Origin: Candidatus Latescibacterota bacterium
GTDB lineage: Bacteria > Latescibacterota > UBA2968
Direction: 5' to 3'
NCBI GenBank assembly: GCA_965207885.1
Contig: OZ242311.1
Location: 3,040,001-3,104,000, forward strand
Length of the DNA: 64,000 nt
The notes below the pieces were generated by a model that made no database searches, had not been told where the DNA came from, and saw nothing but the letters and a program-made list of their open reading frames with translations. The translations under genes were made by a program, and so were the position numbers. This document shows, piece after piece, positions 18,926-29,139 of the stretch. Every line of letters begins with the position of its first letter. Position 1 is the first letter of the stretch.

Positions 18926-20422
18926 ATGGACCGCAATCAAATCAAAAACATAAAGCAATCTGCGAATGAGTTCTTCCAGGCTGCACAGAAATATGTTCAA
19001 GATCAAGAAGGGGCATTAATAAGAATCTTAATAATGACGACCAAAGGTCCACCTTTGGACATGGACAGCAATGTTCAAGAAAAACAAGAGAAGCTCGTCA
19101 AGCAATGCATTGATTCATTAGGGGTTGAACTCGGTAGTGATGAGGAGATAGAGGAACTTATTTGGGATCATTTTTGGCGAAGCTTCTCGGATACGAGAAC
19201 TGAAATCACTGAGCAATTGTTAGGGGCTGAACTTGGTAGTGATGAGGAAAGAGAGAAACTTTGGGATCATTTTGAGCGAAGTTTCTTAGATACGAACAGA
19301 ATCTTGAATATATCTGAGATCACTGAGCGATTTTTAGACGATATTTCGCGGTATGAACAGCGCAGCTATGGATATCTCGCTCCAAATTTTGTAATTGAAT
19401 TCAGTGATCAGGCACAGAAAATTGTTATTGGTCCTGTAGAGGCAGTTCAAACTGAGTATTTTTTAGAAAATCAAATAAAAATCCCTAAAAATACAACAAT
19501 ATGGAGAGGGAAAATCGTTATACCTATGCTTTCAGAAATTCGAGTTGGGTCGAAATACAATTGGTCGATTTCAAATGGCAATATTATTATCGAGTTTCCT
19601 CAAGCCTGCTGGTATATTCCGATGGGATCTATTAAAGCAGCACGGCGAAATACAGAGGAAAAAGCTATCTGGTTGATCAACATTGCAATAAGTCTTCTAC
19701 GACTCTGCTATCCAACTCAGGAACACGAAAAATATCCCGAGATTGGTGACATTGAAGAAATGCCTCTTATCGAGCCGAAAAAATTTTGGTTTGACGATAG
19801 AACAGAAGAGAAAGGGATTGTGCTCGACAGAATTGACGGAGAAGATGAACTAACTAACCGAGCATCAGGGGGAGTAAGTTTCCCTCTCAGTTCGTCAATT
19901 CGTAGAATACCTTGTACATATCTTGTCGATAATACGGTCGTGGCACTAACCGAAGAGCAGAAATTTAAGGACCGGGCACATGTGATTTTTAATCCTGCTA
20001 AGAAAAGCTTGGCAGAGCGTTTCGGTCAGGGACTTGGCTGGCTTACCCGTGGACGCCAGACGGCAGATCGTGCAGAGCGATTCCTTTTCTTTTTTACAGC
20101 AATTGAAGCCTTGTTGTCCAGCGATGATAAGAGTGCACCGGTTGTTCAAACAATATCTCGCCATGCGGCAACGATTCTCCACACCGACTCGCTGGAACGT
20201 GCGGATTTTGCGCGTCAATTTCGCTCACTTTATGAAGTTCGTTCGGCACTGGTGCATGCAGGAAAACGCGACGTTTCGCAGAAGCAAACTATGGAAGCGC
20301 AAAGGATAGCAGAAGAACTCTACAAAACCGTGATGGAAAATTATCCATTGGATAGTAAGTTTAATAAATTTCAAGAATCTCTTTCAAAAGCCAGCTACGG
20401 GTCGCCGTGGCCTTTCAAATAG
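18926..20422 (+). CDS. Standalone Apea-like HEPN domain protein
   Basis: AT-rich ORF, probable start MDRNQIK. The C terminus has [12 protein letters not shown] followed by [12 protein letters not shown] (Rx4H HEPN motif). Confidence 0.75.
   Translation: MDRNQIKNIKQSANEFFQAAQKYVQDQEGALIRILIMTTKGPPLDMDSNVQEKQEKLVKQCIDSLGVELGSDEEIEELIWDHFWRSFSDTRTEITEQLLGAELGSDEEREKLWDHFERSFLDTNRILNISEITERFLDDISRYEQRSYGYLAPNFVIEFSDQAQKIVIGPVEAVQTEYFLENQIKIPKNTTIWRGKIVIPMLSEIRVGSKYNWSISNGNIIIEFPQACWYIPMGSIKAARRNTEEKAIWLINIAISLLRLCYPTQEHEKYPEIGDIEEMPLIEPKKFWFDDRTEEKGIVLDRIDGEDELTNRASGGVSFPLSSSIRRIPCTYLVDNTVVALTEEQKFKDRAHVIFNPAKKSLAERFGQGLGWLTRGRQTADRAERFLFFFTAIEALLSSDDKSAPVVQTISRHAATILHTDSLERADFARQFRSLYEVRSALVHAGKRDVSQKQTMEAQRIAEELYKTVMENYPLDSKFNKFQESLSKASYGSPWPFK
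19118..19333 (+). repeat. Intragenic tandem duplication of about 102 nt in the HEPN gene
   Basis: [32 protein letters not shown] versus [31 protein letters not shown]; copies start at 19118 and 19220. Confidence 0.9.
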
Positions 20423-20460
20423 GAAATCCTTGGATAGATTAGTTAATCAGGGAGAGTGGT

Positions 20461-20730
20461 ATGGTAACGGTTACTTTTGAACTACCAGAAGATGTGCTTT
20501 CTTCGGTGCGTAAAGACCCCGATCACTTCGCCCGGGAATTGCGTCTGGCTGCCGCTGTGAAATGGTACGAGATGGGAGAGGTTTCTCAAAGCCGGGCGGC
20601 TGAGATTGCTGGACTATCCCGCAGTGAGTTCATAGAGGCACTGGGTCGGTTTGAGGTTTCAGTATTCCAATACAGTGTGGACGAAATTGCGGAGGAACAG
20701 ATCAAATTAGAAGACGGGAGTTTGTCATGA
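20461..20730 (+). CDS. UPF0175 family protein (putative antitoxin)
   Basis: ELRLAAAVKWYEMGEVSQSRAAEIAGLSRSEF pattern. Confidence 0.85.
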   Translation: MVTVTFELPEDVLSSVRKDPDHFARELRLAAAVKWYEMGEVSQSRAAEIAGLSRSEFIEALGRFEVSVFQYSVDEIAEEQIKLEDGSLS

Positions 20731-20948
20731 CCAGACAGTTGACAGCAATTATAGAACGCGAAGGTGATGGCTACGTCGCCCTCTGTCCTGAGTTAGATAT
20801 CGCGAGTCAGGGAACAACTGTGGCTGAATCTCGGGAAAATTTGAAAGAGGCATTGGAATTGTTTTTTGAGACGGCTTCAGACACCGAAATTCAGCAACGG
20901 TTGCACGAGGAAGTGTATGTGACCCAGGTGGAGGTCGCTGTTGCCTAA
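20727..20948 (+). CDS. hicB: HicB-family antitoxin (short form)
   Basis: IIEREGDGYVALCPELDIASQG.T..E...NLKEALELFFE. Confidence 0.9.
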   Translation: MTRQLTAIIEREGDGYVALCPELDIASQGTTVAESRENLKEALELFFETASDTEIQQRLHEEVYVTQVEVAVA

Positions 20949-21159
20949 ACTCCGGGTGTTATCGGGTCGGGAAGTCTGCGGAATACTTGCGAATCACGGA
21001 TTTACCGAGGTCCGGCACAGGGGCAGCCATGTAATTATGCAAAAGGTCGAGCCCAGTAGCACCATTACTGTGCCGGTTCCTGACCATCGGGAACTACGGG
21101 TAGGAACGCTGATGTCAATCATCAGGCAGTCGGGTTTATCCAGGGTGCTGTTTGAGTAA
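20941..21159 (+). CDS. hicA: HicA-family mRNA interferase toxin
   Basis: GF..VR.RGSH, VPVPDH.EL..GTL.SI.RQSG; catalytic GSH intact. Confidence 0.9.
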   Translation: MPKLRVLSGREVCGILANHGFTEVRHRGSHVIMQKVEPSSTITVPVPDHRELRVGTLMSIIRQSGLSRVLFE

Positions 21160-21183
21160 ATTAAATTGCAAGAGGAATAAGCC

Positions 21184-21411
21184 GTGCAGCATCGTCATTT
21201 AAACCATCAAAATTTTACACTCGCCGCTATAGACGATGTGATTCGTCGCGGTCGCTGGGATGATTGGGCTGAGTTACGCCGTGCGGCTCTTGAAGACCGC
21301 GCTTTGCTCGATAAAATTGAGCACGTTTGCGCCCATTGCGTTGCTGACCCATATGCTCAGCGTCATCATTTTTGGATGAACTATGTCAAAAAACACCGCG
21401 ATACTTCCTGA
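21184..21411 (+). CDS. Small helical protein, putative antitoxin of the downstream nucleotidyltransferase
   Basis: AIDDVIRRG.WDDW..LR pattern; overlaps the next ORF; RBS GAGG. Confidence 0.6.
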   Translation: MQHRHLNHQNFTLAAIDDVIRRGRWDDWAELRRAALEDRALLDKIEHVCAHCVADPYAQRHHFWMNYVKKHRDTS

Positions 21412-21883
21412 GTGGGATTGCGCACTCGGCAGCCTTGATGGAATTGAGACAGGCGTGCGTCAACTGATCCGCGATGAGCCTTTGGAAACGACGACACTCC
21501 AGCATCAGGGCGCGATGTTAACCATTCCGATCCGAGCGGAAATACTCCGCATCAAAGGCGTGCTGATTCTCAAACGCAACGCGACACGCGACTATATCGA
21601 TTTTGCCGCACTCGCACACGAGATGGGCGATCAGGCCATAGCAGAGGCCCTGCGACCTTTCGATAGATTGTACCGCCAGGACAACGGGGAGTCCGCATTG
21701 CAACAATTACAGGTGCAACTCTCAAATCCCTTGCCCTACGACTTAGAGGACACAAAACTTTCGGAATATAAAGACCTCGACGCACAGTGGCACGATTGGA
21801 ACTCGGTGATAGCGGTTTGCACTCATGTCGCGGTTGTTGTTTTTGATCACATCTGTGAACAGAATGACTCGGTCCAGGACTGA
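21383..21883 (+). pseudogene. AbiEii/MenT-like nucleotidyltransferase toxin with an apparent in-frame internal deletion
   Basis: C-terminal half is recognisable (LGSLDGIETGVRQL, EILRIK..LILKRNATRDYIDF). The N-terminal GGxA...RxSxDxD catalytic motif is absent; PEWD runs almost directly into LGSLDG. Confidence 0.6.
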
Positions 21884-22338
21884 TGTTACCCAATTTAACT
21901 GTGCGCCCAGCGCAAATTTCTGATAGAAATGTACTTAATGAATTAGTGAAAAATATTGGGCCACAATGTGTTATGGCGTTATCAGGTGGCGGTGCTTCCA
22001 TAGATGCGGAGCAGACGCTTGTGGCTGTGCAGAGCGATTGTGTGATTGGATTTGTGGCATGGTATCAAGATGAAATGCAGGCTGTGATTGCGGGGCTTGG
22101 GGTGCGTGACACGCATCGGCGCTTTGGTGTGGCTACGCAGTTGGTCAATGCGCTGACAGAGCATTTGCGGGAGGAAGGGGTGCGGTTGTTAGAGGCGGTT
22201 GTGCCGCGCGATAGGACAGGCGCAATCGCCGTTTTTGAATCGGTGGGGTTCAGGCAACTGGGGCGCAGTGCTGCGGACTGCGTTACATTTGAGTATCGCT
22301 TGTGGGGACGCAGAAATCGGGCAGACGGATTTGCGTAG
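21883..22338 (+). CDS. GNAT family N-acetyltransferase
   Basis: LGV..THRRFGVATQLV acetyl-CoA motif A; AIAVFESVGF. Confidence 0.82.
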   Translation: MLPNLTVRPAQISDRNVLNELVKNIGPQCVMALSGGGASIDAEQTLVAVQSDCVIGFVAWYQDEMQAVIAGLGVRDTHRRFGVATQLVNALTEHLREEGVRLLEAVVPRDRTGAIAVFESVGFRQLGRSAADCVTFEYRLWGRRNRADGFA

Positions 22339-22448
22339 TCTGTTGTAAGTCATAACAGGAGGTGAGAGATGCGCGGTTGCAGGTTGCATCTTTTGTCTCC
22401 TGTTATTAGTTTGGTAGCTGATATTGGTATAGATAAAAAAGGTGGATT

Positions 22449-24404
22449 ATGGCCGAAGTACAAGCCTCAAATACAACAGATGCGGCAACGCGCGAGGGCA
22501 TCACGCTCCGGGCTGTTCTTTTTGGGTTGGTGGTGGTGCTGTGGATTGCGTTTTGGAATACGCATGCCGAGTATATCGCCCACACATCGCGTATGAATAT
22601 CAGCCATTTCCCAATGGTATTGTTGTGTACATACATACTGGTGGTGTTGCTGAATCAGTTGGTGCGCTGGATAAAGCCCCGATATGCGCTGTGTCAAACT
22701 GAGTTGCTGGTGGTACTGGCGATGGGGCTTTTGGGCGCAGCCATTCCCGCTTATGGTCTGACGAGTTTTTTCCTGGGCATGATTTCTGTACCGCATTATC
22801 TGGCGACGCCCGAAAATCAATGGTCGGAATTTGTCCATCCGCATTTGCCCGATTGGCTGGTGCCGAGCAACGAAGGCTATGCCATGCAATGGCTTTACGA
22901 GGGCCTGCCTGCGGGGCAGTCTATTCCCTGGGATGTGTGGATTGTGTCGCTGTTCTGGTGGTTGAGCGTTGTTGCGGCCATTGTTCTGGCGTCTATCGCG
23001 CTTTCGAGTATGTTGAGAAAACAGTGGTCGGAGCACGAGCGCGTGGCCTATCCCGTGCTCGGTCCGCCGGTAGAACTGGCGTCGGCGGCTGACGCGCCAA
23101 AGCGGGAAGGTATTTTGTACAATCGGTTGTTCTGGATCGGATGCGGCCTGATTTTTTTTGTGAAGGCGTGGAATATTATGTCGTATTTCAACCCCGGTAT
23201 TCCCATTATCTGGTTGGGACAGCAGTGGTTTTATTTTGCCCGATTTTATCCCCCGCAGCATACGGGGGTGAATTTTTTTACGATTGGCTTTGCGTATTTT
23301 GCCAATGTGGATGTGTTGTTTTCCATTCTGGTATTTCACGTTCTGTATCTCAATGAGATTGCTTTTTTTCGCAGGATTGGATTCACATTGTCGGCCAAAA
23401 CAGGTCCCGGCGATGCAGTGGCGGGTCTGCAAAGCGCTGGCGCATTTATCGCTCTGGTATTCTGGACATTTTGGACGGCGCGGTTGCATTTGAAGGATGT
23501 GTTTCGCAAGGCTTTGCCGGGCGATGATACCGTGGATGATTCGAATGAGTTGATGTCGCATCGCATGGCGGTTATTTCGCTTGTTATCAGCGTGTTGTTC
23601 ATGTTGTTGTGGTTGCACACGATGGGGTTGGAATGGAAGTTTGCGTGTCTGTTAACCCTGGGTTTGTTCATCGCTTATGTTGGGCTTGCTCGCATTATTG
23701 CCGAGACTGGCGTGGTGTATATGAGCATGCCGATCAACGAGGCTGGGTTCACAGATTTGTTTTTTCATCCGGCAGATTATTCGGCTGGATCGCGAACGTC
23801 GATCACATTGTTTTCTTCCCTGCGTTGCCAGAGCAAAGCGATGTTTATGGTGCCTCTGGTTCACATTGCAAAGTTGGGCGAGTTGATCCAGCAGCAAAAG
23901 GGGCGTTTGTTGATGGTCGTGCTTGTGACGCTTATCGTCGGGATTGGTTGGACGGTGATTCTGACAATTTTTTTGAGTTATACATACGGCGCATATAATT
24001 TTAATGATCTTCCATTTACGCGCTATCCGCCGCGCGTGTACGACGCTCTGGTCAAAGCGTTAAAAGAAGTACCCGAGTACAAACCCGAACGCTATTTGTT
24101 TTTAGGGGCTGGGATGCTCATTTTTAGTGCTATGAGTTTTTTGCGGTATCGCTTTACATGGTGGCCTCTGCATCCTATGGGGATGATTGTGCCAGTGGGG
24201 CACGCGATGCATTCGACGATGTCCATTTTGATTGCATGGAGTGCCAAAGCGATTATTCTTCGCATTGGCGGGGCTTCGCTTTATCGGCGTAGCAGGCCCT
24301 TTTTTGTCGGGATGCTGGTGGGCTATGGACTTGCCGTGTTCACGTCCTATGTGGTGGATCAAATCTGGTTTCCCGGGCGAGGGCATCACATGCATTCGTG
24401 GTAG
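22449..24404 (+). CDS. DUF6785/DUF6784-type polytopic membrane protein (putative transporter)
   Basis: 651 aa with many TM helices; LRKQWSEHERVAYP, RIIAETG, WWPLHP.G, RPFFVG motifs. Confidence 0.75.
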   Translation: MAEVQASNTTDAATREGITLRAVLFGLVVVLWIAFWNTHAEYIAHTSRMNISHFPMVLLCTYILVVLLNQLVRWIKPRYALCQTELLVVLAMGLLGAAIPAYGLTSFFLGMISVPHYLATPENQWSEFVHPHLPDWLVPSNEGYAMQWLYEGLPAGQSIPWDVWIVSLFWWLSVVAAIVLASIALSSMLRKQWSEHERVAYPVLGPPVELASAADAPKREGILYNRLFWIGCGLIFFVKAWNIMSYFNPGIPIIWLGQQWFYFARFYPPQHTGVNFFTIGFAYFANVDVLFSILVFHVLYLNEIAFFRRIGFTLSAKTGPGDAVAGLQSAGAFIALVFWTFWTARLHLKDVFRKALPGDDTVDDSNELMSHRMAVISLVISVLFMLLWLHTMGLEWKFACLLTLGLFIAYVGLARIIAETGVVYMSMPINEAGFTDLFFHPADYSAGSRTSITLFSSLRCQSKAMFMVPLVHIAKLGELIQQQKGRLLMVVLVTLIVGIGWTVILTIFLSYTYGAYNFNDLPFTRYPPRVYDALVKALKEVPEYKPERYLFLGAGMLIFSAMSFLRYRFTWWPLHPMGMIVPVGHAMHSTMSILIAWSAKAIILRIGGASLYRRSRPFFVGMLVGYGLAVFTSYVVDQIWFPGRGHHMHSW

Positions 24405-24409
24405 GGGAT

Positions 24410-25852
24410 ATGAGTAATCAGTCTTTGGCAACACGAGCGGTGCGCGGGGCGTTCTGGACAGGCGGCGGGTTGGGCGTGCATCTCATCGTGACACTGATTT
24501 TTTTTCGGATTCTAAATCTGGAAGATATGGGATATTTCATCTGGGCACAGCGCGTTCTGGTTTTGTTTCAGATGGTGGGTTTAGTGGGGCTAAATGACGC
24601 ACTGATAAAATATCAAGATGTCTCGCGGATCCATTTTTCCTCTGCTTTTTGGGCCTGTCTTTTTGTGGGGGTTGCGCTTTTTGTCGGGTTTATAGCGAGT
24701 GAGTGGCTTCTCATTATCTGGTGGGGGAGAACGCCGAATATCGCGGCGTTTTTTGATATTGCAAAACCCATGGCTTTGATTATTCCGCTTGCATCTGTTT
24801 CGGGCATTGTGAAAGCAATTCTGGCTCGGGATTTGCGCTTTCAATCCATAGCCATAAGTGAAATGGTCGCCGCGCTGATTGCCGCAATTGTCGGCATTGG
24901 TCTTCTCATTGGTGGTTGGGGTATAAAAAGTGCGGTTTGGAATGCAATAACGAGGGAGATTGCATTGTTGGGCGGTTTGTGGATTGCCGCTGCCTGGATG
25001 CCGTCGCTGTCGTTTAGCTGGGCAAAGCTGAAGGCACTTTTGCCTTTTGGCTTCAATGTTTCTGGCGCGAATCTGCTCAACAATATCAATAATAATCTGG
25101 ACAAGGTCTATTTTGTTCCCGTTTTGCTGGGGCCTGTTGCTGCGGGTCTGTACGCTTTTGCATATCAATACACAATGGTTCCGTTAAATCGGGCCAGTGT
25201 TGTGCTGACGCGGGTGATTTTTCCGGCTTTTTCCGTGGTGCAGCGCAATAATCAAACCTTGCGACGGGGATATACGCGCACGATTACTGCGATTGCCCTT
25301 TTGTCCTGGCCCGCGCTAATAGGTGGTTTTATTTATGGACGGGAAATTTTGTTGCTCGTAAAAGGCGAGGAGATGTTGCCTGCTCTTAATCCACTCAGGC
25401 TGTTGATTTTAGCGGGTATGCTCAAAGCTGTGGGGACGGTTGTGGGATCGGTTTTTCTCGCCAAGGGAAAGGCAAACTGGTCGTTTCGATGGACGCTTGT
25501 AAATCTGATTGTTTTTGTGCCCGCACTCTATTGGGGCGTGCGCTATGGTATTGGTGGGATCGCCGCCGTGCTTTCAGCGGCTGCCGTGTTGTTTCTCGTG
25601 GTTACGCAAATACTGGTCAACCGGTTGATTGATTTGCGAATGGCTGATTATTTCAAGTCATTTGTCGGGCCATTTTTGACGACGCTATGGGTCGCGGTTG
25701 CACTAGTCGCGGTTCGATCATTGGCCGATCTGGAGCCTGTTGAAGCTCTGTTGTTGGGCGCAGTGATCGGGACCATTGCTTATGCTTTTGCTGTTCGTTT
25801 GTTCGCCTGGGCATTTGTGATGCGGTTCTGGCGTGATTTCAGGGGGCAATAG
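24410..25852 (+). CDS. Wzx/MOP-family polysaccharide flippase
   Basis: Hydrophobic, about 480 aa; L.RDLRF, LLG..AAGLY..AY, VIFPAFS.VQ (WzxC-like). Confidence 0.85.
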   Translation: MSNQSLATRAVRGAFWTGGGLGVHLIVTLIFFRILNLEDMGYFIWAQRVLVLFQMVGLVGLNDALIKYQDVSRIHFSSAFWACLFVGVALFVGFIASEWLLIIWWGRTPNIAAFFDIAKPMALIIPLASVSGIVKAILARDLRFQSIAISEMVAALIAAIVGIGLLIGGWGIKSAVWNAITREIALLGGLWIAAAWMPSLSFSWAKLKALLPFGFNVSGANLLNNINNNLDKVYFVPVLLGPVAAGLYAFAYQYTMVPLNRASVVLTRVIFPAFSVVQRNNQTLRRGYTRTITAIALLSWPALIGGFIYGREILLLVKGEEMLPALNPLRLLILAGMLKAVGTVVGSVFLAKGKANWSFRWTLVNLIVFVPALYWGVRYGIGGIAAVLSAAAVLFLVVTQILVNRLIDLRMADYFKSFVGPFLTTLWVAVALVAVRSLADLEPVEALLLGAVIGTIAYAFAVRLFAWAFVMRFWRDFRGQ

Positions 25853-25924
25853 ATTGTGATTGTGTTGTCCGCCTGTTCAGGGCATAATGCAAGTGTCTGG
25901 GGAGAAAACTAAAGGAGGCGCGTT

Positions 25925-27007
25925 TTGAAAACCTACCGCGTGGGTATTATTGGATTGGGGCGAATGGGCAGCACGATTGACGATGAAGGGCATGCTGTCA
26001 AACCGTATTCTGTTGCGGCCTGTTGTGGGGTGATAGATCAACTCGAACTCGTCGCCGGATCTGATTTGCAGGCAGATAAGCGGGCGGATTTTGCCGAGCG
26101 ATGGGGTGTGAAGGCTGTTTACGAAGATTATATGGAGATGGTGGCACAAGAGTCGCTCGATCTGGTGGCGGTGTGTACAACGGCTTCGGGTTTGTTTAAG
26201 CCCGCCAATAAAGCACCCGACGCGAATTTCAGAGGCGATTCGCATGCGGATTTAACCGTGAGCCTTGCCAATGCTGGGGTGCCGATGTTGTATGTGGAGA
26301 AGGCGATGGCGAGTTCGGTGGCGCGGGCAGATGAGATTTTAGATGCGGTGGTAGCAAATGGCACTGTGTTCAATACGGGTGTTTTGAGGCGATTTAACGT
26401 GAGTTATCACGCCGTGCGCCGCGCAATTGCCGAGGGTGAGATTGGCGAACCCAGAGCGGCTATTCACTACGCGGCCTCATCTTTGATGCACGGGCATATC
26501 CACTCTATAGATACGCTCTCTTTTTTGTTGGGCGATCCGAAAATCGAAGCGGTGCGCGGTGAATTGTTGCCACGAGATTTTGCGATTGAGAACAATCACA
26601 TTGCTTTTGATCCGAGCGCGACTTTTCAATTGCGATTTGAAAATGGCATAGAAGCCTGGTCGGTCCCCGCTGGTGGGTGGGAGTTTGAGGTGATGGGGAC
26701 TAAGGGGTGCATCCGGTCGATTAACAATGGGGATGGTATAAAGCTCAGAAAAGCCGGTAGTCTGGTGGGCAAACGCCAGGGATGGGATGATGCAGAGGTC
26801 GCGCCTGTTGCGCCAAAAAGCCATGTGGTGTCGTGTCTGGAGGATTTGATAGACGCCTATGAGCAAGGACGTCCAACGCTGGGGCATGTGGAGGTTGCCC
26901 ATCACGTAACTGAGGCATGTATTGCTGTAGCGGAAAGTCACCGTCGGGGGAGTGCGTGGGTAAATCTACCGTTGGGAGACAGAGATTTGTACATTTTTCA
27001 CGTTTAG
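25925..27007 (+). CDS. Gfo/Idh/MocA oxidoreductase
   Basis: TTG start after AAAGGAGG; VGIIGLGRMG; YVEKAMA. Confidence 0.85.
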   Translation: MKTYRVGIIGLGRMGSTIDDEGHAVKPYSVAACCGVIDQLELVAGSDLQADKRADFAERWGVKAVYEDYMEMVAQESLDLVAVCTTASGLFKPANKAPDANFRGDSHADLTVSLANAGVPMLYVEKAMASSVARADEILDAVVANGTVFNTGVLRRFNVSYHAVRRAIAEGEIGEPRAAIHYAASSLMHGHIHSIDTLSFLLGDPKIEAVRGELLPRDFAIENNHIAFDPSATFQLRFENGIEAWSVPAGGWEFEVMGTKGCIRSINNGDGIKLRKAGSLVGKRQGWDDAEVAPVAPKSHVVSCLEDLIDAYEQGRPTLGHVEVAHHVTEACIAVAESHRRGSAWVNLPLGDRDLYIFHV

Positions 27008-27027
27008 GTCTTCATTGGGGGCAGACC

Positions 27028-28104
27028 ATGAAAACATATCGCGCAGCACTGATTGGGTGCAGTCGGATGGGTGCATTTATTGACAACGAAGTGGATCACA
27101 CGCGGGCGTATTCCCATGCGGCGGGATACGAGGCATGTGATCGAACAGATCTGGTCGCGTGTTCGGATCTGCGCGAGGATGTGATGGCGCAGGCGGGTGA
27201 GCGATATGGGGTTCCAAAATCGCGACAGTACACGGATTATCGGGAACTTATCAATACGGAAGAGCCAGATATTGTGAGCGTGGCGACGCAGCCAGAGCAG
27301 CGCGCAGAAATTGTGGTATATGCCGCCGAGCACGGGGCAAAGGCGATCTATGCGGAAAAAGCGATGGCGGCTTCTATGGCAGATGCCGATGCGATGGTCG
27401 ATGCGTGTGAGCGCAATGGGGTGTTTTTCAATTTGGGCACCAATCGGCGGTGGGATAGAGGGTATGACAGTATGAAAGAGGTGATTGACAGCGGGCGCAT
27501 TGGGCAGTTGCGGTCGCTGATCATTCACCAGACGAGTTCTCTTTTCAATGGTGCGAGTCACAGTTTTGATCTGTTGATGCGCCTCAATAGCGACCATCCC
27601 GCGTTATGGGTGCAGGGACATCTACAGCAGGGTGCAGACGAGATTGAGGGAAATATTTTGAAGGCAGATCCCGCGGGGCACGGGATTATCCAGTTTGAAA
27701 ATGGAGTGACGGCGTATGCGCTCAATTCTGGACGTGGTCTGGAGGTTGAAGCTGTGGGCGATGCGGGGGTTGTGACGAGTTTGCAAAATGGCGCAGGGTG
27801 GCAGGTGCGCGAGGTGGTTGGGCACGATCACAGGGGACGGAATGTGCTGGGATTTGGGGATTTTCCAGAGGTGGAGCCGACGAGTTCAACCGTACATTTG
27901 ATTGAAGATCTGGCACATGCGCTGGATACAGGTGAACCGACGCGGTGCGGTGTGCGGTTGGCACACGCCAATCAAGAATTGATTTTTGCTTTTGTCGAAT
28001 CGCACCAGCGAGGGGGCGAACGGGTGCATCTGCCGTTGAAAGATTGTCCCTATCGCATGGATCGCGGTTTTGCACCCAGGCAGCCAAAGTTTGGACGTGA
28101 ATGA
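27028..28104 (+). CDS. Gfo/Idh/MocA oxidoreductase
   Basis: MKTYRAALIGCSRMG; YAEKAMA; paralogue of the upstream gene. Confidence 0.85.
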   Translation: MKTYRAALIGCSRMGAFIDNEVDHTRAYSHAAGYEACDRTDLVACSDLREDVMAQAGERYGVPKSRQYTDYRELINTEEPDIVSVATQPEQRAEIVVYAAEHGAKAIYAEKAMAASMADADAMVDACERNGVFFNLGTNRRWDRGYDSMKEVIDSGRIGQLRSLIIHQTSSLFNGASHSFDLLMRLNSDHPALWVQGHLQQGADEIEGNILKADPAGHGIIQFENGVTAYALNSGRGLEVEAVGDAGVVTSLQNGAGWQVREVVGHDHRGRNVLGFGDFPEVEPTSSTVHLIEDLAHALDTGEPTRCGVRLAHANQELIFAFVESHQRGGERVHLPLKDCPYRMDRGFAPRQPKFGRE

Positions 28105-28115
28105 AGGAGGTTATT

Positions 28116-29132
28116 GTGGAATATCGCGAGTTTGGACAGACGGGTTTGAAGGTTTCGGCAATCGGTTTTGGATGCTGGGAATTGGGCGGGGGATATGGGT
28201 CTATTGATGACGCTGAGGTCGTCGCTGCGGTCAACCGCGCAGTTGATCTGGGGATCAATTGTTTTGATACGGCGCAGGGATATGGCAAGGGCGCGTCTGA
28301 ACGGTTGCTTGCGCGCGCGCTGGGCCCCAGGCGCAAAGATGTGATTCTGGTTACAAAGTTCGGCATTGGATACGAGCATGGCAGAGATAGCAGCAAGGAG
28401 ATGGTCCACCGGGCGATTGAGCAGAGTTTAGAGATGCTGAATACGGATTATGTCGATGTGTATCTCGTGCATTGGCCCGACCGCGATACGCCTTTTGAAG
28501 AGACCATGGGCGCGTTAGAGGAAATCGTCCAGGCAGGGAAGACGCGGTTTGTGGGGCTGTCGAATTTTACGCCGCCGGAAATCGCGCGGTGTATGGATGC
28601 TCGCCGTGTGGAGGTGTTGCAATACGGGTGTAATTTGTTTGATCGCCGCCATGTCAAGTGGACGTTTCCCTATGCCGAAGCAAATAATGTGGGGGTGATG
28701 ACGTACGGTTCTCTGGCTTATGGTCTGCTTGCTGGCGCGTTTACAGAAGACACGGTTTTTGAGGACAATGATTGGCGCAGAAGAGGCGGTAGCAATACGA
28801 CTTTGCGCCTGTTTGAGCCGGGTATTTTCCAGCGCAATGTCCGGGCGGTGAATGAGTTGAAAGAGATCGCCGCGGGGTTGGGCAAAAATCTGCCGCACAT
28901 GGCGCTGAATTGGGTGTTGTCTCATCAGGCTGTGAGCACGGCACTGGTGGGTGCGCGAAGGCCGGAAGAGGTGAAAGACAATATGGGCGCTCTGGGGTGG
29001 ACATTGGATGAGGATACAAAGCGGGCAATTGATCGGGTTTTTGCCAAGTACGAGATCGATACGGCGCCCAATAAGTGGGGTGAAATTGATTCTAAGTGGA
29101 TGGATATTGATCCGGCAGAATGGACAGAATGA
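28116..29132 (+). CDS. Aldo/keto reductase
   Basis: GTG start after AAGGAGG (alternative ATG at 28101); IGFGCW, FDTAQGYG, TKFG, YLVHWP, GLSNF. Confidence 0.92.
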   Translation: MEYREFGQTGLKVSAIGFGCWELGGGYGSIDDAEVVAAVNRAVDLGINCFDTAQGYGKGASERLLARALGPRRKDVILVTKFGIGYEHGRDSSKEMVHRAIEQSLEMLNTDYVDVYLVHWPDRDTPFEETMGALEEIVQAGKTRFVGLSNFTPPEIARCMDARRVEVLQYGCNLFDRRHVKWTFPYAEANNVGVMTYGSLAYGLLAGAFTEDTVFEDNDWRRRGGSNTTLRLFEPGIFQRNVRAVNELKEIAAGLGKNLPHMALNWVLSHQAVSTALVGARRPEEVKDNMGALGWTLDEDTKRAIDRVFAKYEIDTAPNKWGEIDSKWMDIDPAEWTE

Positions 29133-29139
29133 GGGGGAT

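Noticed and set aside
22467-23618. Long antisense ORFs (also 44848-45858, 48794-49741, 7588-8412)
   Set aside because: Shadow frames opposite well-supported genes, with no motifs or RBS.
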